The translations under genes were made by a program, and so were the position numbers. Under the pieces are notes generated by a model. It did no database searches, was not told the origin of the DNA, and saw nothing but the letters and a program-made list of their open reading frames with translations. From Chiloscyllium plagiosum (taxonomy: Eukaryota): a stretch of DNA of 64,000 nt. Of the stretch, positions 50,691 through 62,446 are shown piece by piece. Location: positions 9,367,611-9,431,610 of the forward strand of contig NC_057751.1 of the NCBI RefSeq assembly GCF_004010195.1. The letters are read 5' to 3'. How positions within the stretch are numbered: the stretch's first letter is position 1; each line of letters begins with the position of its first letter.

Positions 50691-51895
50691 CTGCAGTGAA
50701 GAAAAATTAATCAAACACACCATGGAGATAAGGCAGGAACAGGATACTGATAAGGAATGATCAGCCATGATTATATTGAATGGCGGTGCAGGCTCGAAGG
50801 GCTGAATGGCCTACTCCTGCACCTATTGTCTGTTGTCTAACTACTGTCAAAATATCAGAAATATGTAGCCAAAAATCTATTAGAATTGAGACTGTTTATC
50901 TAATTCTTGACACTTCTGAATTTACATGTTCTTGTTATGAATTCTGAATGTACACTTTCAAATCACAAAGAATTTTGAGCCCCACCATCATAAATTCCCC
51001 TTTCGTTACTTTGTTCCACTGAGCATATCCCACACCAGTCATCATCACCAAATCCTTCCGTTCCTACTTTCAAGTTTGTGAATCCACAAAGACATTTTCC
51101 CAGTGGTTCCGAACGCTACTATAAACAGGGACTCAGACTGCCCACTGCCTAACAATCAACAATTCCAGTACAGAAGTACAGCTGTCACATCACTGGACTC
51201 TGAATGCAGAGGCTGGACGACTAAGTTGTAGCTATGAGTTCCATCATTTTGAGAAATGAAGTCAAAGCAGAGAAATTGCTGGAGAAACTCAGCAGGTCTG
51301 TCAATGTCTGTGAAGACAGAAATAGATGTGACATTTCAAGTCCAGTGTCACTTTCCTTCAGATGCTGCCAGACCTACTGCATTTCTCCAGAATCTTTTCT
51401 GTTTGTTTAAGACGTCCAGCATTATCAGTATCTGCTTTTATGTGAATTGAAACCCACTTAATTCAATATTACAATCGCAAATTACCATCAGCAAAAATAA
51501 TCACAACTGGATTGACCTCAAATCCATTGGTTCACTCATTCTTGATTGGAGGGGAAATCTACCAACCATTCCTAACTGGACCAACACATAACTACTGACC
51601 CACAGGGCTGAAAAAATGTTGGGAAGGCTGCACACATAAATGATCATGGTAGCAACATCCACATCCTTTGAATGGTGAACTAATTTTTAGTCTCTTCGAC
51701 AGGAGAATAAACACCTCAAATACAAATGTGAGGTTTCTATTTCTAAACATTAATTAACCTTATTTCAGATTTACATACTCAGATCCTTTCATTTCTTTCT
51801 CTAGTCTCTGTCTGTTTTGGAAAAAAAAACACTGTTCCACACTTCCCTCTGTGCTGTCATGTTAATGGCTCCAAACTCATCAGATTTTTACTTAC

Positions 51896-54475
51896 CTCCT
51901 TGGCGTTTGCACTGGCCTTTCGTATGGTCACGTTTTGGTCCTGTTTCTCTTGAGAATGTTTGGTACCGATGAAGCACCCAATCAAAATCATCTGTTGTGG
52001 ATTGTTCCCAATCACACAGACCATGTTCAAAGTCACAAAACAGTTCCACAGGAAGGTTGTCAGGCAACACTGACTGAGTGGGAGAAATCAAAGGCACATT
52101 ATATAAGGGATTAATTGTCACAGGATTGTTGCGTGTCGTCAAAGTAAATGGAGAAATTATTGACTGGATGGTTGCTGCACTGTTGGCCACAAAGGAGAAA
52201 GATGCCAGGAGTATCTTTGGAGAAGAGGTGGATGCTAATACGGTCTCATTGGGGAGAATTGCTGTTGGCAGAATGTCTGTTGAGGGATTGGACACTGGCA
52301 AAGTGTCTGTAGGGGAAGTAGACACTGGCAGAGTCTCCACTGAGAGGGTAGACCCTGGCAGACTCTCCGCTGAGAGAATGGACACTGGCAGAGTCTCGGC
52401 AAGGGGAGTGGACACTGGCAGAGTTTCTGCAGGAGGAGTGGACACTGGCAGAGAGTCTGTGGGAGGAGTGGACACTGGCAGATCACCTGTGGGGGGATTG
52501 GATACTGGCAGAGCCTCTGCAGGGAAAGTGGACATGTGCAGAGTCTCTGCTGGAGTGGACACTGGAAGAACGAATGTGAGGGGAGTGGACACTGGCAGAA
52601 TCTCTGCGGGGGGAGTGGACACTGGCAGACTGTCCGCAGGGGGAGTGGACACTGTCAGATCATCTGTGGGGGGACTGGATACTGGCAGAGCTTCTGCAGT
52701 GGGAATGGACACTGGAAGAGTGTCTGTAGGAGGGATGGACACTGGAAGAGTCTCTGCAAAGGGGATGGACACTGACAGAGTGTCGACAGGAAGAGTGGAC
52801 ATTGGCAGAGTATCTCCAGCGAGAGTGGACACTGGCAGAGAGTCTGCACGGGGAGTGGACACTGGCAGAATCTCTGCTGGGGGAGTGGACACTGGCAGAG
52901 AGTCTGTGGGAGGAGTGGATACTGGAAGAGTCTCTGCATGGGTAGTGGACACTGGCAGAGTGTCTGCAGAAGGAATGGACACTGGCAGTGAGTCTGCAGG
53001 GGGAGTGGACACTGGCAGAATCTCTGTGTGGGGAGTGGACACTGGAAGAATCTCTGCGGGGGAAGTAGACACTGGCAGAGAGTCTGTGGGAGGAGTGGAC
53101 ACTGGCAGAGTCTCCACAGGGGGAATGGACACTGTCAGAGTCTTTGCAGAGTGGGTGGACACTGGCAGAATGTCCGCAGGGGGAGTGGACACTGGCAGAG
53201 TATCTGCGGGAGGAGTGGACAGTAGCAGAGAGCCTGTGGGAGGAGTGGACACTGGCAGAGTCTCCGATGGGGGAGTGGACAACAACAGGTTATCACCAGG
53301 TCGAGTGGATGCCCCCACTGTGGTTGGGGTGGACACCAGTAGGGTGCCCACAGGGTTAGGTATGGCTGTCAACAAAAGGTCACGTGAATTAAATGCCTTG
53401 TACCAATGAGCAGGGCTTCCAGTTTTCAGAAGAAAAGGCAGCTTTTTTTTATACGAGGACCCTGTCAGTGCCTTTCTCTGTGTCACCATTCTGTTATGAA
53501 ACTCTCTGAAAAGAATCTCAGGTGCTCCCATGGTTTCCTTTATTGAGATGCTGGCCTGCAGAGGCCTGGGTGGCATTTCAAACTGACTGGCTGGATTCAT
53601 TGATTTCAAGTGACCAGTCTTCTGTGTGTGACTGATCAGAGAATGAAAAGGTATTTTTTGTTGATGGCTCTGGTTTAGAATTAGGTCAGGAATAATCAAT
53701 GGATAAGTCAAATTGGTCAAAGTTGAAACCAGCCCAACTGACAGCACTGCTTGGTGAGCAACATTGCTGGTTTGTGCATGAGTGTCTGGAAGATCAGACC
53801 AACTGACTGGTCGAGGATCTTGCTGACCAGTGGTCAATAAGTCAGCCAGAAACCCCACTGTCGCTTGAGTTTGGGTGTCAGATTTAACTGTGTGCGGAGT
53901 TCCTGCCAATGATTCAATATGATCCGTTAGATTTTGGCTGTTTGGATGCAAAACATGCTCCTTGGTACAACATCTGACACATGCTTTGGGGCGGAGTGCA
54001 GGTCCTCGAGTCAGAGACCTCTGCGCCAATGTCGGGGTCATTACATGTAGAGGTGAGTGAGTGGTCAGTGAGTTTGTCATCGGACTCTGAGCAAAGGGCA
54101 AAAGCAGAAATGTCTTAGCTTTTCCTTTATGGATCTGTGCACTAATAGGCCTGCTCTGGCCCTCTGAGGCTTCAGTTGCTGATTCCTTGAATGCTGTGAT
54201 GATAGAAGTGTTGTAGACTTCAGGCCTTGACTTAATCAATTGGCTAATAGGTGCACATTTGCGTAGGAGAATGCACTTGGGATATTCATGCACAATGGCG
54301 ATGGTTTGATTCAATGTGGACGCATTCCCACGCAAACTCACCACCAGCTGTGCTGGTGTGTGAACTCTTGCTTTAGCTGTTTCAGGAGAAATATCTAAAA
54401 GAGGTTTTAATCTCTCTGCTTCTTTGGTTCTTCCAAGTTCACGCAAGGAACCACTTTCATTCAGCAAGGGAAGAC
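51896..54475 (-). CDS. Giant exon (2580 bp): linker, PTS mucin-like repeats and start of MAM domain
   Basis: 859-aa ORF; acceptor cccttag, donor GAG|gtaagt; ends FCDFEHGLCDWEQSTTDDFDW...GPKRDHTKG. Confidence 0.93.
52290..53345 (-). repeat. Coding minisatellite, ~35 x 30 bp (LPVSTPPAET)
   Basis: Plus-strand unit gtggacactggcagagtctctgcaggggga. Confidence 0.95.
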
Positions 54476-56203
54476 CTAAGGGTGTTTTGGGTGGGATGAG
54501 ATGGAAGGAAACGGAATAGTTAAAATCAGGATTTACAACTTCAAAATTCAGCTTATGTATTGAGATAATATAGAACGAAACAACTCAGTCTGCAATACCC
54601 ATGATGGAGCTATCTATTAGCAGTCCCTCAACTTGAGGAGGATGCTTGCCACAGAGTATGACGTGTAAAACACCATCACGTTGCAGGTGGGATGGTTGCT
54701 GCACAGCAACCACCACACAGTTCTGGCTGGTCAGGAAACATTTCCACTCCTCTTGCTAGCTATACATGTTTTAGAAGGATTTTTAGTTGACAATCAACCT
54801 ACTTCAGCCACCTTTTCAACTGAGCTTCGGACCTGATGGCCATGGAGGTTACCTGATTTGTTCTCAGCTCATTCTCCATAGCTCAGCAATATTCTGCCCA
54901 TCCAAATATTTCTCCAGCTCTCTTTTGAATGTGATCCTTGGATCTGCTTCCACCACTCTTTAGGCAAACAATTCAAGATACCACACAATGCATTTAAAAG
55001 AAAAACAAAACTGTTCCTCATGTTATTTCTTCATCACCTTCACTGTGTGTTCTTTGGTCATCAATCAGCCACTTTAACAACTTATCTACATTTATACCGT
55101 CAAGACCCTCGCCAGTATTGAACACTTAATCAAGTTTCTTTTGCTCAAAAGGCACAATCCTGAATGCAGATGAGTGGAACAAGTTAACAATTGAAAATGA
55201 TTATGTCCAAATGCATAGAAGAAAGAGAAACATGAACAATGCAGATAGAAAGCTGTGACTCAAGGCTGTTATGTGAAGGACATGGATTGGAATTGAAGAG
55301 AATGTGCTTAGACATGGCTCCTGCTATGTCACTGATATTGAACAGTTAAAACCAAATCAGAAGAGATCCAGGCATTTAAATCATAAGACAAAGTTTTCTA
55401 CTATTTGTGTTTGAACACAAACATTTGTTATGGGATCACGACCTTCTTATGCACAAAGACTTCCGTATCTGAAAGCTAGAAACATACACAAGCAGCAGAC
55501 TGTACCAACACTGAGATATATCGACATACCATTCTCCTTGTCCAATGTCATTCTTTATCAGACAGATAAAAGGATTCACTGTTCATTGAAGAACAGATGG
55601 ACACTATCCCGCATATCTAGCTAGAATAAGAGACATCTTCAAACCGCAAACCAACAATTATGTGTTTTCTATCCCTGATCACGTCAGGGGCAATGAATGT
55701 GAACCTAGTTTTATAGATTCTGGACATAGCTCTGGATTGAACCCTCCTCTCCTGCACATAATGGCAAAACAATCACCACCTGAAGGTGCAACTCCAGAAT
55801 CTTTTAATAAAACTGGAATAAGCTCCCACAAAAGCCTTTTAAAAATCTTAGGACAACACACCTACTTATCAGAGGCAAGACAGGTCAAGGAATTCTAATT
55901 CAGGAACGCTTCAAGCAACATCAGATTTTGGTTGGCAAAACCTAAATAACCATCAGCATTGTTTTAAAAAAAAAAGTTTTAATTCCCACCATCCCAAATA
56001 AAGGATTCAGGTACAAGAAGAAAGCCAGTGTTAGGTGAGAAAAATCACTGGAAACATATGACATGAAGTGGGATCTGAACAGAAAAATCCCAAAAAATAC
56101 AAATTTGTTCTGGTCACAAACAAAAACCAGCAGAAACTTTGAGTGACTTCTTCTTTGTTTCTCACACACGTTAAATAAGATTGATAACCATTTGCAGTCT
56201 TAC

Positions 56204-56364
56204 GTTTCAATACATTGGCCTTATCTTTGAGATGCATGGTGCAGTTGTATAGTCGATTAACCTTCAACAAGTCGAGCTCACTCAGGCGGTTTCGCTGGCC
56301 AATCACAGTATCTGTATCTATTAGTGGTCTCAGGGTTGGCTGTCCATTCTTGGAAAATGCAGTC
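56204..56364 (-). CDS. Astacin-like exon, end of catalytic domain
   Basis: TAFSKNGQPTLRP...IGQRNRLSELDLLKVNRLYNC. Confidence 0.93.
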
Positions 56365-56519
56365 CTACAATTGAACAAAAATTTTCATGTATATTAAGTC
56401 ATGTCTTGTGACTGAAAACTTGCATCTTATCACATCAATGGCATAACAAGTCCCAAGGAGCTTCACTGTTGCGTTAGCAAATAAATTTTGAAACCAAGAC
56501 ACATCATAAGCTCTAAGAG

Positions 56520-58200
56520 TAGATAGAGTCATAGCCATAAAGGTCCACAGCAGAGGAAAATGCCTTTCATTCCACTCAGCCAATGTGGGTCAAAAACAAC
56601 CAGCTAACTATTCTCATTCCATTTTCCATCATTTAGCCCAGAGGCTTGCATGTCTCTGCATCACAAGTGTACCTCTGAATACGTCTTTAATGTTTCGAGG
56701 GTTTCTGCCTCAACCACCCTGACATGCAGGAGGTTCGAGATTCCCACCATCCTCTGGGTGAAATCATTTTTCCTCACACCCTCTGAAATGCCCCTAACCT
56801 TAAATTGATGCTCCCAGTCATTGATCCTCTCCATGACAGGGAGAAGTTTCTTTCGTCAACTCTGTCCATGCCCCTCCTAATTTTATATTCCTCAATCATG
56901 TCCGCCTCAGTCTCCTCTGCTCTAAGGAAAACCACCCCAGTCTGTTCAATCTCTCTTCCTAAGTAAACGTCTCCAGCCCAGGCAACATGCTAGTCAATCT
57001 CCTCTGGACCCTCTCCACTGCAATCACTTCACCCTCTAACTTGTATTCCACAACTGTACACAATACACTAATGCAGCCTAACTAATCTTTGATACATTTC
57101 CTGTGTCATCTCCCTGCTGTTAAATCCTATGCCTAAGCTAATAAAAGGCGAGTATCCCACATGCTTTCTTAACCATTTTATATTCCTGTCCTTCTACTTG
57201 AAGGGACCACTGGGCATGGACACCACGGTCCCTCTGATTGTTGGTGCTTCCCAGGGTTCCACCGTTAGTCATGTATTCCTTTGCCTTTTTTTGACCCACC
57301 AAAGTGCATCACCTCACGATTATCTCGATTGAATTCCATTTGTCAATGATCACCCATCTGACCAGCCTATTTATATTCTCTGTAATCTAAGGCTATCCTC
57401 CGCATGATTTACCAGCATACCAACTTTCATATCGTCCACAACCTTAGTGATAAACCCTCCGACATTCAATCTAGATCAAGTATATTTACAACACACAACA
57501 AGGGCATCAACACGAATCCCTGGAATAGGCTTCCAGCCACTTGGCTATTTGTAGTTCCAAGGAGCCAAATTTCCTTGGATTCCATGCTATAGGTTTCCCA
57601 TGTGGGATTTTGTCAAAGGCCTTGTTGACATGTTGGACCACATGCAGTTTGATTCTGATCTGCAGAATTGCTTCCAATAGTTTCCTCATCACACATTAGA
57701 TTAACTGGCCTGGAGTTTAGTTTCTCCCTTGCTCCCTTCTTTAATGACAGTACCACAATGGCTGTCCACCAGCCATCTAGTACCTCTTCTGTGGCCAGAC
57801 AGAAACTCAAAATTATTTCCTGCTATTTCCTCACTTGCTTCACTCAACAGCCTGGGTTACATTTCATCAGGCCCAAGAGATATGTCTACTTTAAAGTCGA
57901 TCCAAACCTCCTCTCTGCATCAATTCCTTGAGGTAAATCACAGTTCTTCTCCCGCATTGCTCTTCCCACACTGTCTCTCTCATGAGTGAATACGGACACA
58001 AAACATTCATATGGAACTATGCCCGCGTCCTCTTGCCCCATGCACAAATTATTAGCATAATCCTGAATGGTTCGACTCTTTCCCTAAGTAACTTTGCAAT
58101 CTTAATGTACTTGTAAAATATCTACATTCTTTCCTTTATTTTACATTCCATTATTTTCTAATGCCCCCTTTTGGTCTCTTAATTTCCTTTTTAATTTTAT
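56520..58200 (-). mobile_element. Decayed CR1 ORF2 3' half
   Basis: KKGAREKLNSRPVNL, KAFDKIPHG remnants. Confidence 0.75.
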
Positions 58201-58336
58201 CTCTTGTACATATATGCTCCTCCACAGTTTCGCCAAAAGCTTGCTCAGAGGAGGAGATTTAAAGAATTACTTTATAAATAAGCAGAAAAGTAGATATTTA
58301 GGGAAGAAATTCAAAAACACAGGGCACAAGTTTATT

Positions 58337-58630
58337 CACAGAATCCCTGCAGTGTGGAAGCAGGCCATTTGGCCCATCAAGTCCACACACACCCTCCAAA
58401 GAGTATCCCATGCAGACCCACCCCTTCCTACCCTGTCCAATCTCTGTAACCCTGCATTTCCCATGGCCAATCCACCTGAGCTGCACATCAATGGACTGTG
58501 AGAGGAAACCAGAGCACCCACAGGAAACCCAAGCAGACACGAGGAGAACTGTAAACTCCATACAGACAGTGCCTGAGGGTGGAATTGAACCCGGGTCCCT
58601 GGCGCTAACCACTGAGCAGCCATGCTGCCC
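58337..58630 (-). mobile_element. HE1-type V-SINE
   Basis: tRNA head GGTTCAATTCC, V-domain, HER1-like tail. Confidence 0.85.
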
Positions 58631-59093
58631 ACAAGCAACAAGAAATCGTGCAGCAATGAAAATCAAGGAGGCCCAAGATGCAGAATTAGTGTGGAGCAGA
58701 CAGTTTGGAGAGTTTTTGGGTGGGAGAAAGTATCAGAGATAAGGAGGGGGTACAGGAAAGCAACAATCAAGAATCTTTGTCAACAGCGTGCTGGATTGTG
58801 GGCTAATGTCAGCCAGCTAACACAAGGGTGATGAGTGAATGGATTTGATGTAATTTAAAATCTTAACATAAGTTTTGGATACGTTCAAGTTAACAGTGAA
58901 TGCAAAGTTGTGGCTAACATGCAGATTAAGAATCGCAGGAACTGCAAAAACTGCATCTCATTTCAAGGTGTTGCAGCAGACGTGAACGCATTACAAGTCC
59001 CACTGTTCAGACTGCTGCTCCTCCACATAAAGGTATAAAGAGAGAGAGAAGTGGCTTACCATCTCCCATATACCACCTCGGCACTATTCTCAC

Positions 59094-59175
59094 CTGCTGT
59101 AGTGTAAAATGGAGCCATAATCATATTTGGTCTCGAGATTGTTCGTGTTTTGTTTCAAGAAATTATGTTCATAAC
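59094..59175 (-). CDS. Astacin-like exon with the Met-turn region
   Basis: YEHNFLKQNTNNLETKYDYGSILHYS. Confidence 0.93.
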
Positions 59176-60031
59176 CTGAAACAGAAGCCAGGAAGTCACT
59201 GGTACACACGAGCGAAACACAATTATACTTCATTGAGATATTTTTGTCCTTCAGCATGTTCTGATCAACTAAAGAAAAACTCTACTAAAAATCAAAGGGC
59301 ATCCAACAAGTCAACAGATTTATTCCAGTTTAGTAGCTTGAACTTTAATCACTCTTCTCTTTCAACAGAACCAATGGACAGTGGTTAATCCAGTTTATAG
59401 CAGCTTTTTTCTCAGATTCACACACCTTGAAGAAATGTTTGATTGGTACAAAGCTGCTTTGCCCTTCTCTGGCAACACTTCCAAAGAAGGGTGTGTAAGT
59501 AAATATTACAGTACTGGGGCAGATCTTGGCTTAATGAGTGCTTCTTTCAGGAACTGGAGGGATTGATCAGATGGAAGTCCTCATGATAATTAAATGGTTT
59601 AATGGGGCAGCAGTGGAAAAGACATATCTACTTGTTATTAGCACCAGAACTAAGGGACATAAATGCAAGATAGTCAAAATATTTCCAATGTGGAATTCAG
59701 GAAAACTTTCAGTGTCCAACCAGAGCAACCAGAGGTATCATTCAAGCAAATACTTTAGATGCATTTCTGGGAATCTAGATAAAAAGGGAAAAAAGAACAT
59801 GTAGATATATTAGTAGTATTCGACAGCGAAGGGCAGCAGAAGGCTCACAGATGGCATATCATAGACTTCGACCTCTTGGGCCAAATGCCTATTTGTGTAC
59901 TGTGAATATTTTTCATAGTCCCTGGCACAGAAAACCCATGAGCTTACCTTAAGCTTCAATTTGCTGCTGACAGGTTGATAATGCACATTTGTATAAAGGG
60001 GCAAGGAATTAAGGGGAAGAAAACACTTTAC

Positions 60032-60213
60032 CAGGCCATACATTCTTCCACTCAATCTTGATGTATTTGCCCCGGTCACTCCTCGCATGCTCATGCCAGA
60101 AGCCAAGTGCATGCATAATCTCGTGTTCAACAACACCCTTCCCCTTCTTCAGGCACTGGTGATTCAGTGACATGAGCTGCATTCCACCAACACGGCCTAC
60201 AGATGAGTAACAC
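60032..60213 (-). CDS. Astacin-like exon with the zinc-binding motif
   Basis: [10 protein letters not shown]...[31 protein letters not shown]. Confidence 0.95.
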
Positions 60214-60583
60214 CTAATTGACAGAAGTAAATGGTCATTAAACATATTGACAAAAACTGAAACAAGAATTAATATCCAGGGCAAAGAACATTTCACTTGC
60301 TTTAAAGCAATTTGGGACAAACAAAGTTCACGTAAAGCATTCGATAAATCTAATACTTCACCTTTAATAAATTATTCCAAGGCTTTTACCTAACCAGCTA
60401 CCTTTCTCATTTGTCTGATGTCATATGGTGGGAGGCACTGAAATCACATCTAGAAATAAAACTACAGACTATATGATATCAGAATGGACTGAGGTCATTT
60501 AGCTCATCTATTCTGCTTACCATTTGATTGGGATTGCTATGTTTCTCAACACCATTCGCCTGCCTCTCCCATAACATTTGATC

Positions 60584-60866
60584 TAGATTAGAGTGGTGCT
60601 GGAAAAGCACAGCAGTTCAGGCAACATCCGAGGAGCAGGAAAATCGATGTTTCGGGCAAAAGCCCTTCATCAGGAATAGAGGCAGACTGCCTGCAGGGTG
60701 GCCTGCATCTCTCCACCTTGCAGGCACTCTGCCTCTATTCCTGATGAAGGGCTTTTGCCCGAAACGTCGATTTTCCTGCTCCTCAGATGCTGCCTGAACA
60801 GCTGTGCTTTTCCAGCACCACTCTAATCTAGAATCTGGTTTCCAGCATCTGCAGTCCTTGTTTTTA
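60584..60866. mobile_element. Palindromic Penelope-derived insert with two opposed hammerhead motifs
   Basis: Arms ~60582-60700 and ~60712-60832 are near-perfect reverse complements; 16-bp TSD cccataacatttgatc at 60568 and 60867. Confidence 0.88.
60737..60772 (+). ncRNA. Minimal type I hammerhead ribozyme motif
   Basis: CTGATGA-a-GGGCttttGCCC-GAAA-c-GTC. Confidence 0.75.
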
Positions 60867-62078
60867 CCCATAACATTTGATCACCTTGCTTATCAAGAAC
60901 CTATCTATCTCTGTTTTAAAGATACTCAATGACTTGGAATCCACATACTTCTGAGGCAATGAGTCCTACAGATTCACCAGTCTCTGGCTGAAGAAATTCC
61001 TCCTCATCTCAGTTCTGAAGGGTCATTCCTTTCACTCTGAAGCTGTGTCTTCAGGTCCTAGTCTGCTCTCCTCATGAAAACATTTTCTATGTGCCTATTT
61101 GAGGGCCTCTCAGTATTTTGTAAGTTTTGATGAGATCTCTCCTCATCCTTCTAAACTCCATTGACGACAGACCCAGAGTTGTCAACCACTCTTCCTCTGA
61201 CAAGCCCTTCATTCTCAGGATAATTCTTGAAAACCTCTGCTGGACCACTCCCAAGACTAACACTTCCTTCCATAGATACACGGCCCAAAGCCATTCACAA
61301 TGTTACAAATGCAGTCTCACCACAGCCTTATACAGCCTCAGCACCAAATCTCTGCTCTTCTGTTCGAGCCCTCTCAAAATAAATGCAAACATTGCATTTG
61401 TCTTCCTAACTCCCAAGTGAAGCTGCATGTTAGCCTTAAGCGAATCCTGAACTCGGACCTACCCATTTAGAAAATAGTCTATGCCTCTATCCATCCTATC
61501 ACAAGTGCCTAAGCTCAATGCTTCCCACATTGTATGCCATCTGCCACATCTTTATCCACTGTCCTAGCCTGTCCGAGTCCTTCTGCATCCTCCCTGCCTC
61601 CTCAACACAAACCTCTTGTCATCTGCAAACCTTACAATAATCCCCTCAGTTCCTTCATTCAGATTGTTCATGTATCACGTGAATAGTTGTGGTACCAACA
61701 CACACCCTTGTGGAACTCCACTTGTCACCAGATGCCATCCTCTTGGTCCCCATTATCTGTCTTTTGCCAGTCTGCCAATCCTCTATCCATTAGAGTACCT
61801 CACCTGTAACACCATGGGCTCTTATCTTAATTTGCAGCCTCCTGTGCGGCATCTTGTCAAAGGCCTTCTAGAAATCCAAACAGATCAGGTTCACTGGCCC
61901 TCCTTTGTTGAATTTGCTTGTTACCTCCACAAAGAATTCTGATAGATTTGTCAAGCATGACCTCCATTCTCTGAAGCCATGTACTTCCAAGTACTCCACA
62001 AACTCATTCTTCATAATGAACTCTGAAATCTTATCAACAACCAATGTCAGGGCAACTGGCAGATAATTTCTTGTCTTG

Positions 62079-62446
62079 TGTGAAACAACTCCATAGAGGC
62101 TGGTATCCATCATCAAGTCACCCTGTATTTACACATGGGGAATCCTTGACACTGCTCCAGCTTCCACAGAGCCAGCTCTCAAAGCGAGGAGAACCCCTGA
62201 CACTCCTGTTTTTATTTTTTTTTATCTACCCCTGTTTTTTTTCAGGAGACTTTTTTTCTTTTTTTTTTCTTTTTTTTCTTTTTTTTTATTTAACCCCCAC
62301 ACTACCATCTAAGTGCGGTCGTGCTTATTTACTTCTGTTTTTATATCTGTTAGCCAGGGCTTCCTGATTGGACCAGGTTAACGGTCCCAATCAGGAAATT
62401 CAGGTTCCATGAGGTTCAACTGGCTGACCTTATTACAAACACTACA
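62079..62446 (-). mobile_element. Solo LTR inserted in CR1
   Basis: TG...CA termini, 5-bp TSD tcttg at 62074 and 62447. Confidence 0.8.
62216..62334 (-). mobile_element. Poly(A)-tailed retroposon 3' end inside the solo LTR
   Basis: T-rich tail, AATAAA on the reverse strand, 10-bp TSD ctgtttttat at 62206 and 62335. Confidence 0.75.

Larger units (their letters stand above)
48740..60213 (-). other. Astacin-family (M12A) metalloprotease with a mucin-like stalk and C-terminal MAM domain; 5' exons outside the window; exons 60213-60032, 59175-59094, 56364-56204, 54475-51896, 50690-50565, 50029-49899, 48895-48740
   Basis: [18 protein letters not shown] zinc motif, YDYGSILHY, IGQRNRLSELDLLKVNRLYNC, MAM CDFEHGLCDW...GHYLY...CLTFWYNMFG...AAIDDV; all junctions phase-consistent (~1140 codons in window). 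Confidence 0.93.

Noticed and set aside
52235-52939. Cys-rich LCQCP ORFs resembling keratin-associated proteins
   Set aside because: Alternative frame of the same minisatellite, broken by stops
52290-53345. CRISPR-like periodicity
   Set aside because: Contiguous tandem units without unique spacers, in a eukaryotic coding exon
52078-53409. 443-aa plus-strand ORF of GVDTGRVSAG repeats
   Set aside because: Antisense shadow of the 30-bp coding repeat; the minus-strand frame is the one joined to the astacin and MAM exons
48740-60213. Naming the protease MEP1A/MEP1B or ASTL
   Set aside because: No TRAF/EGF/TM domains as in meprins and a MAM domain that ovastacin lacks; orthology needs a phylogeny
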